Part shown: piece after piece, positions 29,615 through 43,302 of the stretch
Numbering within the stretch: position 1 is the first letter of the stretch
Layout: each line of letters opens with the position of its first letter
Assembly (NCBI GenBank): GCA_951406725.2
Contig: OX597814.1
Span: 14,074,001-14,138,000 of the forward strand
DNA: 64,000 nt
Origin: Octopus vulgaris
Lineage: Eukaryota
Direction of reading: 5' to 3'
Notes under the pieces: generated by a model
What the model saw: only the letters and a program-made list of their open reading frames with translations
Databases searched by the model: none
Told to the model about the DNA's origin: nothing
Program-made: the position numbers and the translations under genes

Positions 29615-30188
29615 ATATTTTAGGTGTAAAAAACCAAATTCAAATGCGAAAGTCAAATATTTTTTTCGAAAGTCAAACATTTTCACCCATACGGTATTCT
29701 TTTAGTTTGTATTTTAAATCGCGTAGCGTGCCTGTAGGAAGCTCTTGTCTTTGATTCATGTTTATCCTGGAACATGCTGAAAAGTACTTTTCTGAGAGGC
29801 AAAGATTGCATTTCATTGGTGTTCTATATGCTCCAATTTTTTTTTTTTTTTTTGATACTGCTTTTCTAAAATTGTCCCGCTGATATAGAAAGGACGGCTG
29901 TTATTTTCGTTCAATTGCGAGACATGTTTTACAAGACTTGCTGTGCTATTCTCGGAAAGAATATCGGTGGAAATAAAACGTAGTCTTGAATGAATTTTTC
30001 GTAGCCCTTGTGTATGTTTTATGTTCTTGTGAGCCATCTCTTTTACGTGAGATCGATAAGTTCGCAGGGATCGCAACCGGTAAAAAGAATTTCACCTAAT
30101 TAAATACCCTCTCCTTTACTTAAATCATTTTGTCAGCATTTTCTTCATTTCCTTTTTTGTATATCACAACTCGTGTTCCACATCTCCT

Positions 30189-30245
<57 letters not shown>

Positions 30246-31552
30246 TATATATATATATATACGTATGCATATATATATTATCGTGTGCGTGTTAAGTATA
30301 CGTGTATTTTTGCTTATATTAAATTCTATATCGTGTAAAATAATGATAGTTCTCGGGGTAAGTTTGAATTTTTCACATCCATATACAAAACACAATAGTT
30401 ATAGAGATTATTTTACCCACGTTAATATAAAATTCGTCCTTATTGATGATGGCATGATACTGTCGCAAGACAGCCGAGATGTTTTTCTTAGTCCGCGCCG
30501 TTGAATCTAGACTGTGATAAAACTGCAGTGTCAACGTTATACAATCATAGTAAATCACACAGATTGCAGAAAATTCAACCGAGTTAATGACTCGCATAAA
30601 TAAACAGTACAATGAACAATGTGTTGTTATTATTCCTGTTTGCATCCGGTATTTCGTTCAGAATGAGTATATCTAATTTTACATTACGTGATGTCGCTTT
30701 TTCACGTAATATGAATATAATTTAGGAGAAATATGACCCCTATTTGTAACTGGGATGAAGACCACATAGCAGATACTTTGGGGGAGCTACTCAACATCTT
30801 GATAACGCTGATAATTAGATCAATGTATTATTGTTTTCTTACGAAAAGCAAAACGAAAGCAACTGTTAGAGAGAAAATTATTAATAGTTCAAATCATTTT
30901 ATTCTTCTATAATTTTCAGAATCATTTGATAACTAAAAGCCTCTTGAAATATGAATTTTAAATTTGACAACTCCTATAATTGAAATTGTAAGCAACGTTA
31001 ATGAATAAAGCTGAAGTTAGATAATGTTATACATGTTTGTACACACAGACACACACATATATAAAGGTCCCTGTGTGTTGTGTGTGTGCATATGTGAGTA
31101 AATCCTTGAAAACTCCATTGTCGAAATGTCACACCTTAATAAACACGCCTAATTACAAAGAATTAAACACTGGACTGCAATCTGAGCTTCCATTCCCGTT
31201 CTCAAAACAAAAGATTAAATATTCCATTAGTATCTAAATGAAACTAAAAACGGTTAAAACTAGTGACGCATCAGCTGAACAATATAGACCTTCCACATAA
31301 TTGCATTGCCTTTGAAACCCGATGACCTGAAGAAGACACACCAAAATAGACACATCTGATTACAGAGATCTACATGCATGAATAAATTCTGAACAATAAT
31401 AAGAAAATATCAAATTTAATCAATGAAACTTCACAAAGCCTCTTCAATACAACCTATTACACAACCTAATTATCATTCAAAAGAGCTCAGCTGAATATAG
31501 AGAATTATGATTTAAGAGAGACTATATAAAGCCAAGATGAATTCAAATATAT

Positions 31553-31595
31553 CTGTCTGATGATGGCTTCACTGGCCGGAATTTTGTAGTCAATG
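31553..31595 (+). ncRNA. Degenerate hammerhead-like motif at the end of a probable Penelope-like remnant (~31130-31620)
   Basis: CTGATGA-tggc[ttcactg]gccg-GAA-ttttgta-GTC. The core and helix II are intact; helices III and I are decayed. Confidence 0.4.
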
Positions 31596-31656
31596 TCAAA
31601 ACATTTATTGTAAGACATTATATATATTGTTGTATCTTTAAAGAGTGATTACGCTA

Positions 31657-32248
31657 TCTTCATATATAAAAGTGAAGTTGTGTGTCTGTCTCCTACGATT
31701 TAGATTCCTAACTACTCCCACATTTTGCCGTGCAGTTTAACCAAAAGCGGGTATCTTATAGTCGTGATTCATATCGAGCCCTTCTGGGTATTAGCGCGCG
31801 TCTACGATGAGTCTACGATTTTAAAATAATTTACCATCATTTTTTCCATTTTAATGCATTTTTTCGCTATTATATAAGAGAAGTAACTCTCTAAAATGTC
31901 TACGATGACTCAACGATTTAAAAAAAAATTTACCATCATTTCTTTTCCCATTTTTTTGCTATTTTTTTGCTATAACTCTCTAAAAATGCTTATATAGTTA
32001 TTTCCCTTACAAAACCGAGCAACGCCGGATGATACTGCAGTTTAATCAAAAGCGGGTATCTTATAGACGTAATTCATATCGAGCCCTTCTGGATATTAGC
32101 GCGCCTCTACAATTTAAAAAAAAAAATTACCATCATCTTTCCCATTTTTAATGCATTTTTTGCTATTATATAAGGGAAGTAACTCTCTAAAAACGCTTAT
32201 ATAGTTATTTCCCTTACAAACCCGAGCAACGCCGGGCGATACTGCTAG
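31657..32248 (+). mobile_element. Non-autonomous Helitron with internal tandem duplication
   Basis: A|TC 5' start; 3' GC-rich hairpin cccgagcaacgccggg followed by CTAG|T; no TSD. The 3' ~130 bp is shared with 52650-53024. Confidence 0.8.
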
Positions 32249-32431
32249 TTAAATATAAACACACGAACTTGGTCGATTTCGTTCATTTACAATTTGTCAA
32301 CTGGTTAGTTAACTAAGCGGGTAACTAATCGATAGTTTAATCTGTTTGTTAAATGATCAATCAGTTGTTCGTCAAAACCCTTTCTTTGTCATTTGCGGCC
32401 ATTTCAATGAACTGCTCTCTCTAGCTCTTTC

Positions 32432-32604
<173 letters not shown>

Positions 32605-33413
32605 CCACCTCTCTCTCTCCCCATTACCGGTATGTTTCGAATCCGGCTGAAAACTAGTGATATGTGTATATTCATGTAGGGATGTACAGGTAAGGAGTTG
32701 TAGAGTTATATACGGGAGACGTGAAGCGAGAGGGTAAAGGAAGAGTATGTGAGGGCATCTTTGTGTGCTAATACATGTGTGTGATTAAGTGTATGCATGT
32801 ATGCTCATGTACCTGCATACATGTATATGCATGAATGTGAGAGCGGGGTCTTCAGGGACTACTTTCGTGACCTGGTTTCACTATTCTATTTTAGTCTTAC
32901 CTTAAATCTTCCTGTTTGTCATCTCGTAAGGATTACATCGTGTTCTCTATGTAAGAAGTTGTGGAAAGGCAGGAGCTGGTTGTGCATATGTCAGTGTGTA
33001 CATGTGCACTATAGTATGTGTGTGTGTGTTTGTCCGTGTCTGTGTGAATGTATTCACATGTGTGTGTGTGGTTAAATACGTTCTGTGTGTGAGAATATTT
33101 ATCTATGTGTGTTTTCCAACGTCTGTACGTTCTGGTGAGTGTATGGGAATTATTAGGAGTGAGTGTTCGTGTGTATGTCTGCATGTGTGCATTCTTTTAT
33201 GTATGGGTATGTTTCTATGTGTATGGGTATGCGTGTGTTCAAGCATGACTTGTTTGTGTGTGCGTGTGTGGATAATTTGATATTGTTCGTAATTATTTGT
33301 TTCAATTTCCATGTTAGCCTCTTTTCGGATTTGCGCGTGTGGATGTGCACTCTGTTGAGTGTGTGATTGCATATATGTGTTTGTGTGATTGAATTGGTTC
33401 TGAGGGTGTATGC

Positions 33414-33448
<35 letters not shown>

Positions 33449-34079
33449 TCACTTTTGTCTGTGCGTTTGTGCGTGTCGTGTTCTAGTTTTTGCGAATACG
33501 TGTTCATGTGTATACTTGCATGTGCACGTTTTTGTGTTTGAACGTATTCTTGTGTTTGAACGTATTCTGGTTTACTGTAGGACGAAAATCACTACCCGTA
33601 ATCTCTCATCCTGACATATTCTCCTTCATGACCTAATTCTGTTAGTGTGTATAGTGGTAGCTTCAGTTAATGTAGACAGCACTGCGAATTTCATTGTTGT
33701 GGGCCATTTTTTTATAGTGCTTCTATTATCCAAGTGTCAAATGCTTGGGATAGCCTATCCATACAGCCTAAAGGTTTCAGCAGTGATGTTTTACTTACTT
33801 AAGAGCAGCTTAGTTGAGGAAGAGTTGTTCAGATCAGCACTAGGCTCATTTATTTACTCTTGCCTACTCTTCGGTTTATAGTGTTTTTCACTGTAATCAC
33901 TGAGAAATGCATCCGAGCAAACTTTGTGTATTACATCCATAGCATTCTGACACCCAGTGAAGACTTTGATCTCATGCATCACCTGGATTTTTGTTGCTAG
34001 TTTTTCATATGCGACTACTGATACACCTGACATATTGATGTCAACATTGTAAGACTTAACTACGTTCAACACGTAATCG

Positions 34080-34710
34080 ATATCTTAACGAAGGCTGATC
34101 TGTAGACTCGGCCAACTGCGTCCCACACATAATAGTCAAGGGGATTGCAGTCTGGGGAACTAGGGGGCCAGATGTTGGGGTGGTGTGGTCGCAGAAACTG
34201 TCTCACAACCATGTTTGGTTCCTCCTGCTTGTGTGATATGGTGCAATGTCTTGTTGCCAGACATAGGGTCTTTCAGCACCCACCCTCCTGATCCAGGGCA
34301 GCACTACCTCCTTCAGAAACTTGATGTAGGCCTCCGTACTGTGTCTGAAGCCGTGTGGGAAGATGAATGGAGGCATAACTTCGTCATCACTAGTGATAAC
34401 TCCAAACAACATGATGCGAAACTGGATGTTTCATTTTTATCACTTTCGCTATATGTCCTCAGATAGCATTGTCCTCAGATTGACACCAAAATACTTTCAA
34501 ACGTTCGTACTAGAGCTTCCGGACCCAATGCTAAGCAAGTAGTACAGCATTTTGTTTCCAACTATCTAGCACAGGGAATTGCGTCATGCTGCTGTATTTC
34601 TTACAGACGGTGCTCAACTGATCCTACTATACTGTGTAGTCGGCAAAATAAAATAAAAAATACGCATGCGCGAAATTAAAAATATAGTAATTTACCCATC
34701 GCACTATATA
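34080..34710 (-). mobile_element. maT/DD37D-like Tc1/mariner remnant
   Basis: MLFGVITSDDEVMPPFIFPHG..YIKFLKEVVLPWIRRVGAERPYVWQQDIAPYHTS, followed by IWPPSSPDCNPLDYYVW. Confidence 0.85.
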
Positions 34711-34779
34711 TGTAGATTTTAATTTAAAGGTGAGAAATTTATTAATTAAAAAAAAAAACATATTTTCATAAATTTTGTA

Positions 34780-35640
34780 CATGTATCCCTATATATACAT
34801 AACGGCTTCCAAAGCGGCTAAATTTTCATCAGGTCATACTTATATTATGCTGGCCTATCTCGTCCCTAATATCAAAGATCAACGACTCCTTCCTCTTGTA
34901 GATATGAATTTTAGTTTTTTTTTCCAATGATCCTCCATACGGAGTAGTGTGGAGGATCTTAACTAGCAGACCTAGGAATCCGAATGTTAAGAGTAACATG
35001 ATCATAAATATGTTCAACCATCCTATCCTCTGCTTTGCGTACTGTGTGAGAGGGGACAGAGGCTTGGTGAACAATATAGGGCTTCCTCCATGAAATCGTT
35101 TTGATCAAGGGTTTGATAACCGTCTCTGATGTCTTGATATTAGCTCCAGCATTGACCCTTGTGGGAGAAAGTGAGGGAGTATCACATGACCCTCGTTGCT
35201 TACAATACCCCAAGAGCTTCGTAGACGGTGTGAACTTGGTGAGTATAACAGTGGGAACTTCAGTAGTGCCGGTTCATATCCCTGTCTCATTCCTCCTGTT
35301 CACGTTTTGATCTTGAACAAATTTCTTTTTTCCACTTATTAGATTGAGAGCATGTCGAGTTTATCAGGTTGCTTTAGTTTTTCCAGCAATCGTTTCGACT
35401 GGCTTATGCAGTTCTCTCAAAACTATGAACTGCTCGTAACAGAATATATCCGTACCTGACCTCTTTGTGCATCACATACCTAATCTTTGACCTTACATTT
35501 CTGACAAAATCGCGAATGCATTTCATCTTTCTGCATGTGATACAACCAACCCTTGCTGAAGACGCTTAACTACCCGGTGGAATTTCAATAATTTTAACAT
35601 TAGTTGTCCACACGAAATTATTCTTCGAGATGTTCATTGC
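34780..35640 (-). mobile_element. Second, more decayed maT/DD37D-like remnant
   Basis: ETVIKPLIKTISWRKPYIVHQASVPSHT...DHVTLNIRIPRSAS*DPPHYSVW parallels the motif order of the neighbouring element. Confidence 0.65.
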
Positions 35641-35718
35641 AGTCTACAGCATTAGAAACAACACATCAAATTCGGTCGGATGTGCTACATGATTATACAT
35701 GCCTCCCTGAAGATGCAT

Positions 35719-36134
35719 CTCTTTACTCTTTTACTCTTTTACTTGTTTCAGTCATTTGACTGCGGCCATGCTGGAGCACCGCCTTTAATCGAGCAACTCG
35801 ACACCGGGACTTATTCTTTTGTAAGCCCTGTACTTATTCTATCGGTCTCTTTTGCCGAACCGCTAAGTAACGGAGACGTAAACACACCAGCATCGGTTGT
35901 CAAGCAATGCTAGGGGGACAAACACAGACACACAAACACACACATATATATATATATATACATATATACGACGGGCTTCTTTTCAGTTTCCGTCTACCAA
36001 ATCCACTCACAAGGCTTTGGTCGGCCCGAGGCTATAGTAGAAGACACTTGCCCAAGGTGCTACGCAGTGGGACTGAACCCTTGAACCATGTGGTTGGTAA
36101 ACAAGCTACTTACCACACAGCCACTCCTGCACCT
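35719..36134 (-). mobile_element. tRNA-derived SINE family A, full length
   Basis: Same family as 29211. ATGCAT flanks both sides (35713-35718 and 36135-36140) and may be a TSD. Confidence 0.92.
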
Positions 36135-37540
36135 ATGCATATTGACAAATTTCAAGAAAATATATTCCTTTTATTGATAAATACGGTAGAGATTCTTCAT
36201 TTGAAATTTTCCAGTAAGTATCACAGCTTTAAATCCTAATAGGAAATAAATAACCATAGTTTAATAACTTGCACAGCTTTCAAGTATATAATACAAAGAT
36301 TAAGCCTGTAGCAAAGATTTACGTAAAGCGAATATTTCGTCATTTACACAAAGGTCATTTTATAGTAACAATTTTCGATACAGATTCACTGTTATGGTTT
36401 TCTACATTAAGGTCTGGCAGTAAGATTAATTTTCCCTTGGTGAAACGATAATAACAATTCTCCTATCGACATAAATCAAATTTATTCGACGTGCTAATTG
36501 TAAGGTACACTCAGAATGTTTACTCTACCTTTCTAATTTCCTAACTTAATCTAACCTGTGAAACTATTCAAGAAACACACATGTACACACATATTTCAGC
36601 TTACCTGTAATCTTTGCTATATGAAATGACATATCGAAGATTTGTTGACTTCCCTCCTCAGGAAGCAGAATACTGGGAAATTTCCATAATTTATTTAATA
36701 TAAGTACTGTTGAAGCATCTTTGAAAAGTAATTCGATACAACGAAGAAATAAAGATGAAATAATGACATGGATTTTAAGAACGGTAAATCGTAAATGAAA
36801 ATTCGATGAGTTCTGAAGAGGTAACTATAAATTCTATAAATTGCAACATCACGTTTTGATCTCTTACGTAAACTCTTCTATCAATATTAATATACATCTT
36901 CGTGAATATACTTCTTTAACTTGTGTAACATTTGTATTTATAACTAATTTTCCATAAACTCTAATTTTCCCACTTATCTCGCTAATACATGCAAGTATGA
37001 ATGTGTGCATGTGGTTATGTGTGTGTGCATATATTTTGCGCGTGTCTTCGTGTGCGTGTATGTTCACAGTGTTATTATCAAGTTTCTAAAACACATGTGT
37101 TGAAACACTTGAAATTATAGCGCCTCTATTTGTCTTGTTATTTTTTTACAATATTTCTTTCCTTTTCAATATTATGGTGAACTACTGCGTGACTGTACGA
37201 TGTTTATAAAAGTAGAAACACATATATAAAACAGAAAAAATTAAACTGGATACATTAAATATAAAGAAATTCTGTGTATTTGTGTTTAGGGAGCATTTTT
37301 TTCTGAATATTCTCAGAGATAAATGCTATAACACAGGTGTTCGCAAAATCCTTTGAGCCATCACAATCATTGTTTTGCATATTTTATCCGAAGGGACCAA
37401 TCATATTGAGAACTCTTTTAAGCATGTGATTTTTATGGAGTGATTTTTAAGGAGGTGCTATTGTTTCATGCATAATTCTCTCTTTTCGTAAACTAGTGCG
37501 AAAAATCTGTATTCGTTCAATGTTGCCAGCTATTAGGAAT

Positions 37541-37583
37541 CCCAGACGTCGATGTTTCAAATTTATTGACAATTATCAGTGAT
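37541..37583 (-). ncRNA. Decayed paralog of the 4315-4362 hammerhead-like motif
   Basis: Minus strand tca-CTGATAA-ttgtcaataaattt-GAA-ACATCGACGT-C-tggga, then tggcaacattgaacga as in 4373-4388. Confidence 0.55.
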
Positions 37584-37599
37584 GTGTACCTTACAGATG

Positions 37600-40500
37600 A
37601 TTCTTTATTAAGAATATTAAATTCGAGATACAGATAGGACAATAAAGAACATTACAAAACAATTAATGGTGCTATGGAGTCATGCCAACTTGCTTAGCCA
37701 AGAAGCGGGAGAAGGGACAACGGTCAAACGGTAGATGAAGATAGATACAATAAAGTCATGTGCCACTTCCGCTCTTCAATTCTGTGACAGCGCCATTCCA
37801 GACCAAGTCCGGACTGGGACCTCCACCATGTTTGCCTCGCTGCATTTCTTCTCCGTCTGAGAGTCCGGTCCAAACCAAACGCCAAGCAACTTAACAGGAC
37901 TATCCGTCCAGTGTCCCACGACACTGGACTTTATCGACTTGCCGCTCTAAGTGCCGAGCCGCAAGCCAATGGACTTGCCCCTGTTAACATTTGCCCCTGT
38001 CACCGCACCGATCTCAAACGGAACAGGTAACCATTTACCTTGACTGTCGATCTGATGCCGTTATAAATGGCAGTGACCCAGATTCGGAGGCCCGGGCTTA
38101 GCCCAGCCGCCTCAAGGACCGACTCTAGATACTGGTGGTCTACCCTATCAAAAGCTTTACTTTGGTCTAAATGGATCAATGCCCTGTCTTTGCCGGGTAA
38201 TTTACCCACCCTCTCTAAAGTGTAGCGTAATAGATTAAGATTGACCTACCTGGGATTGTGCATGTCTGCGCTTTCCCCACAAGTTTCTCCGCGACAAGCG
38301 TCAACCTTTTAGTTAGCACTTCATCCAAAATTTTTAACTCTACGGTAAGTAGAGTTATGGGCCTGAAATTACTAATATGATCCCCCTTTTCGGGTCTTTT
38401 CTGATCAACGTCACCACTCACAGACTAACAGAGCTAGGAGTCCTTCCATTCTGCTGCCAGTTCGTGTAGAGCCAGGCCAGAAGGTGTCCGAATAAGTCCG
38501 GCGTAATTCGATAAAATTCATAGAACAGACTAACCAGCCCCGACGATTTGTCCCCGGCGCATTCAGCCAGCACCTCCTTGACGTCTGCAGCTGTAATCGG
38601 CCCTTCACAGCATTTCGCCTCCCGTGCCGAGAGTCGCAGCCCACCGGCGAGGAAGTCCCTTAGGGGCTCCCCACGATCAGTTTCATCGCTCTCCCCGAAC
38701 AAACAGGCGAAATGCTGGTGAAAACCCATTCGCATCTCCTGTTCTTCGATTGTACGAACCTGCTCATCAATTAAAGACTTTATTGAGGCTTCTTTGCCTC
38801 TGCGGCTCACCACACGACGAGCCCAACCGGCAACGTTAATACCCTCTCTCGCCACTGCACGTAACTTAGCCCTGACTCTACACCCAGAGGTTTGGCTTTG
38901 AGGCGGCAGAACAAGACCGCCCCCGCTGCCTTCATTCTAGGTGCAGAGCCAGATTCCATAGCCTCGTCTAATTCCTTAACTAATTGCTCTTCTATTCTAG
39001 TCTTTTGCAAACATAGCTCTTTACTAAAGCTAACAGACTCTAAACGAATGTTTCGTTTGAGGCTGCACCACCATCTATTATTGATGATGGCGTCACATAA
39101 TACCCTCTGAACTAGCCCGGGTACGGAATGCTTTACAAGTCAAAATAGACTTGTTCAGCTTCCAGTACCCTGGTCCCTGTCTATGACACTTAACTAAGTA
39201 CACCTTACACGCCACAAATTTGTGATCCGTGTAAGGGACGCAATAGAAACGTGTACAACTAAATGTATCATTATATCTATCTCTCTAATGAATATTCTAT
39301 CTAGATAATATCTCTGTGAACCGTCGTTATTAGATAACGTCCACTGTGGAACGAGCTGTTCATCTAGTAAGCTATAGCTTGTTAGTAGCCTTTTGAGGCC
39401 AGGATTTCCCCTTGCATTATCCGAGCCAACACTATCCTCTCGTGCATCCAGAATAGTGTTAACGCCTCCAATCAAACCTAGTGTCTTTGACTTCATCAAG
39501 AAATTCTCCAAGTCTCGAAAATAACCAGCTTGCCTACAATCCTTAGTAGCGTTGACAACCTACCAACCTGAAGGACTACTTACTTACATGTGTCACATCT
39601 AGGACGATCAGCCTACCTTCTGGGTCCAGAAAGACTGTACTTACCTCAACGTCTAAGCTTTTTTTAAAAATAAAACCACTGCCGCCGCGCCTCCCTGACG
39701 ACTAGGATGAATTATTTTCTCATAGCCACTTAGAAGAGGCGTCAACGTATGTGGCTCGTTTAACTTTGACTCAGTCACGTGGCATATATGCAAATCTAGT
39801 GACCTAAGGTCGTTCAGGAGACATGTTTGTTTCCATCTAGACCGCCAAGGCACGTACATTTATACACCCTACTTTAATATCTATGAAAGAATTAAAAAGG
39901 AGAAAGAAACTTACCTTTTACGTCTGGGGACGGGCTGCACTAATTCGGCAGTTTCTCCCTCCTTTTCTCTCTGAGGTGTAACCTCTAGTATTTTCCGGAT
40001 CACTCCATTTGTTACGTCCAAAATGTTGTTCGGGTATCTCTTTTTAACTGACTCATACAGTTCTTCGTCAGTTAATTTTGCCAACCAAATATGGCATGTC
40101 CTGCACTCGCTGATATATGAACACTTTCGGGTGTCCACCAAAATTCTAGTCATTACCTGTTTCTTTCTTTTTTTTTTCGTTATACTTGACGTATTCTTGC
40201 TTTTGTTGGGGTAGGAATGTTTGGTCGACAGTTTCAATTTGGGAGTGGGCTGGGAAATTTCTTTCTCGTGTGCCTGTGTGTGTGGTTATTGCTTTCTTTG
40301 TTAGAAGAGGTGAACCAGGGCCTGTGGCTTTTTTCTATTTTTTTTTCTACCGTATAGTCCATTTCTTCTGGTTGGATTTCATGAGCGTTATCCTGTATTT
40401 TATTTTCTTCTTTGCTTTTTCTACTTTTTCCACCTCTTCTTTGTTGTTATCGTTCCTCTTTTCTTTTTGTGAGGGACAATTTTCTTTTTCTCGGCTTTTT

Positions 40501-41554
40501 TCACATTTTTCCCCTCCTCGTTGCTAGTTTCACTACTTTTTCCTTATTGAGGAGGGACGTCAACCTCTTTTGTTTTTTGGGATTTTTTAAAACATTTTTC
40601 TCGGCATTCTTCCCTCCACTCTGGCACTTAGTCCCCCCCCTATGAAAATTCCGCCTGGCCTCGATTCTAATATTTCGTTTGGGGCTTTACCAAAATCTCC
40701 AACGTTTGATCTTTCCATTTTATGGCCTCTGTCCTTCTCATCTGTAATATTGTAATCTCATCCTCTGCGTCATAATAACCGCCGCAGCCATCCATGACGC
40801 CTCCTACTCAGCTGGTATCTCTTCAATTGTGATTTTCGCCGTCCTCCACCCTAGGTATATTGGAAGGAGGATTATTTCCTCGTTCTTCAGGGTCTATGTT
40901 AAAACTTGTTTCGCCGTTTCGGCATCTTTAAAGTGCGCCTCTATAGTAGCGATTCGTATTCCTCTTCCCATATATAGTATTTTATCCCACATGGGCCCCA
41001 AGCATTTCTCAACAGTTTCGTTTTTGGTGGGCGTGATTTTTTCCATTTGTCCTTTAGATTTGAAAGACTACCATTTGTGCTGACAAGTTCTGCTCCATCT
41101 CCTGCGGTGGTACTAACTTAATATCATTTCCGTTTTCTCTTTTATTAGGTTTCTGAACCTGAACAATTGTTCTATCGAAAAATTCCTTTGCGTGAAGTTG
41201 CCTCCGAAGGCTGCTGAGAAACTTGGTTTTCCAATAACATTTTGTTTTCAAGTATCTTCTTTCATGGCAGGGAAGTCTTCTTTTGACTTTAAGTCAAACT
41301 CCATATTTTTTCAAACAGGTTTATTGTCTTACAGTCATACACGTAGAAAATAATAAATTTTTTGACTCAAATGACAAAAATGAAAAAAGAGAAGTTCACG
41401 AAAAACAACAATTTTTCACCCTGTAGAGGGAAACGACGATAAAAGTTCAAACGACGATAAAAGTTCAATCCAAACAGGGATCCAAAAGGCAAAATCAGTA
41501 ACAAAAAATTCACCAACAAAAAAGCAAGTCTCACAATAGCAAAGATTTTAGCAG
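37600..41554 (-). mobile_element. Tx1/L1-clade LINE, decayed (5'UTR, ORF1, APE endonuclease, partial RT; internally deleted)
   Basis: APE remnants LLNDLRSLDLHICHVTESKL, LIGGVNTILD, WTLSN..YYLDRIF. RT remnants PITAADVKEVL, KSSG, NFRPITLLTVELKIL, ALIHLDQSKAFDRVDHQYL, VKVNG. Lys-rich ORF1 region at ~39900-41310; aataaa at the 3' end; candidate TSD CAGATG at 37594-37599 and 41555-41560. Confidence 0.88.
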
Positions 41555-41682
41555 CAGATGCCGTAGCTTTATATATAATTCAGTCAACACGTTGACTGAT
41601 TTGTGCTAGCAGATCACCCGACCGAGGTAAATAACGAAGTGTCAGCGCTAAGCAGTGTGTAAGTATGAGCAGAATTACGTAA

Positions 41683-42096
41683 GATGCGAGCTGCAGAAAC
41701 GTTACCACGCCGGGCGAAATGGTTAGCGGTATTTCGTCTGCCGCTACGTTCTGAGTTCAAATTCCGCCGACGTCGACTTTGCCTTCCATCCTTTCAGGGT
41801 CGATTAAATAAGTACCAATTACGCACTGGGATCGATATAATCGACTTAATCCGTTTGTCTATCATTGTTTGTCCCCCTCTGTGTTTAGCCCTTCGTGTGT
41901 AGTAAAAAAATAGGTATTTCGTCTGCCGTTACGTTCTGAGTTCAAATTCCGCCGAGGTCAACTTCGCCTTTCATCCTTTCGGCATCGATTAAATAATTAC
42001 CAGTTTCGCACTCGGGTCGATATAATCGACTTAATCCTTGTGTCTGTCCTTGTTTGTCCCCTCTGTGTGTAGCCCCTTGTGGGCAGTAAAGAAATA
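41683..42096 (+). mobile_element. SINE family D (Meta/MESC-like) with tandemly duplicated body and 12-bp TSD
   Basis: 41728-41912 is repeated at 41914-42096. Central domain gcctttcatcctttcgg..tcgattaaataa. TSD AGAATTAC/GGTAA at 41671-41682 and 42097-42108. Confidence 0.92.
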
Positions 42097-42097
42097 A

Positions 42098-42368
42098 GAA
42101 TTAGGTAAACTGAAATTTATTTGCCACATGTTTGAACTGCTAAAAAGCAAATGCACTGCAGCTATTGTGGAGAATAAATCTTATGGTAAAACTGTTCAGT
42201 GTCCCCATCTTTTGGGGAGTTCCTAATAGATAGCGACATTGAACGAACAGGGTGTTTTCACGCCTTTTTACCACAAGAGATATTTATTATCCACAGTAAC
42301 TGCAGTGTATTTGCCTTTTAGCAGTTCAAATATTTGACAAACATACTTCAACTTACCTATTTCTGCAT
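42098..42368. repeat. Inverted pair of 3' ends of the 4161-4506 repeat family
   Basis: 42098-42192 is the reverse complement of ~42265-42365; both match 4405-4506 (ctgcagtgtatttg..tttagcag....aaatat.tgacaaa). Confidence 0.8.
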
Positions 42369-43302
42369 TTATGTATATGGCTGTGAGTATGTGTTTTTTT
42401 GTGGTATCATGCGTATGTCTGTGTGCCTGTGTATTTGTATGTACGAGTGTTTAAGTCAATAGCATTCAGTTACCTTCAGGTTTGATTAAAACTTCCAAAG
42501 GCTAAAATAAACTAGTGAACTACTAACTTGTAGATTATAACAAAACATTCAAAATCCACATATATTATTATAGAGGTAAAGAAAGTTAATTCATCAAGAC
42601 TTGGCACTTAATATCCGCAAGCTCCGAGCAAATTTCTTACGTATTTTTCTTAATTTTATATACAGATTTTCTTCTACGTATATAAAACATATCCAACAGG
42701 CTGCTGTTTTCTTTCAAATAATATTTACGTTTCTATGTGTTGTTATGTATTTCCCCTTACGTATTTATTTACAGATATGTCTACGACAGAATATCAAAGT
42801 AATGATTCAACCTAACGTCATTGGTTCTTATATATTTTGATATTCTCCTAATTTCGCACTTTTAAGTTTTCATTAATTAGAATCTTGTGCCGTATATTGT
42901 TTCTGGAGGAGAGGTTTTAATGAAAATTTCCAGTATACTTTTGACACTATACTTGAAACAATGAAAATGTCTTATTTATTTGAAAAACCATTTGGATTTC
43001 ACTTAATGGAATTCATTATTCTATAGCATATATAAACCTATACTTTAATACAATTTCTTTTAAATGACAGTTCAGGGGTTGATTATCTTCATATAGTTAT
43101 GTATGTATTTATGCATGTTTGTATGAATGTACATATTATATATGTAACATATATATGTATGTTTGTATCTATTTTTTCTATCTATTTATCTATCTGTCTA
43201 TGAAGTAAATATGTACGTATCAACGTATGTATACAAAGACAAACAAAGAAACAAAGCTAATTACACATTTACATGCATACGTAAATGTATACATACTTAG
43301 AT

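Noticed and set aside
30682-30710. Small inverted repeat attacgtga...tcacgtaat with bZIP-like half sites
   Set aside because: Too short to support a regulatory call without conservation data.
33645-34072. Possible hAT dimerisation-domain remnant on the minus strand
   Set aside because: Only a faint SAD..FS-like resemblance, which is insufficient.
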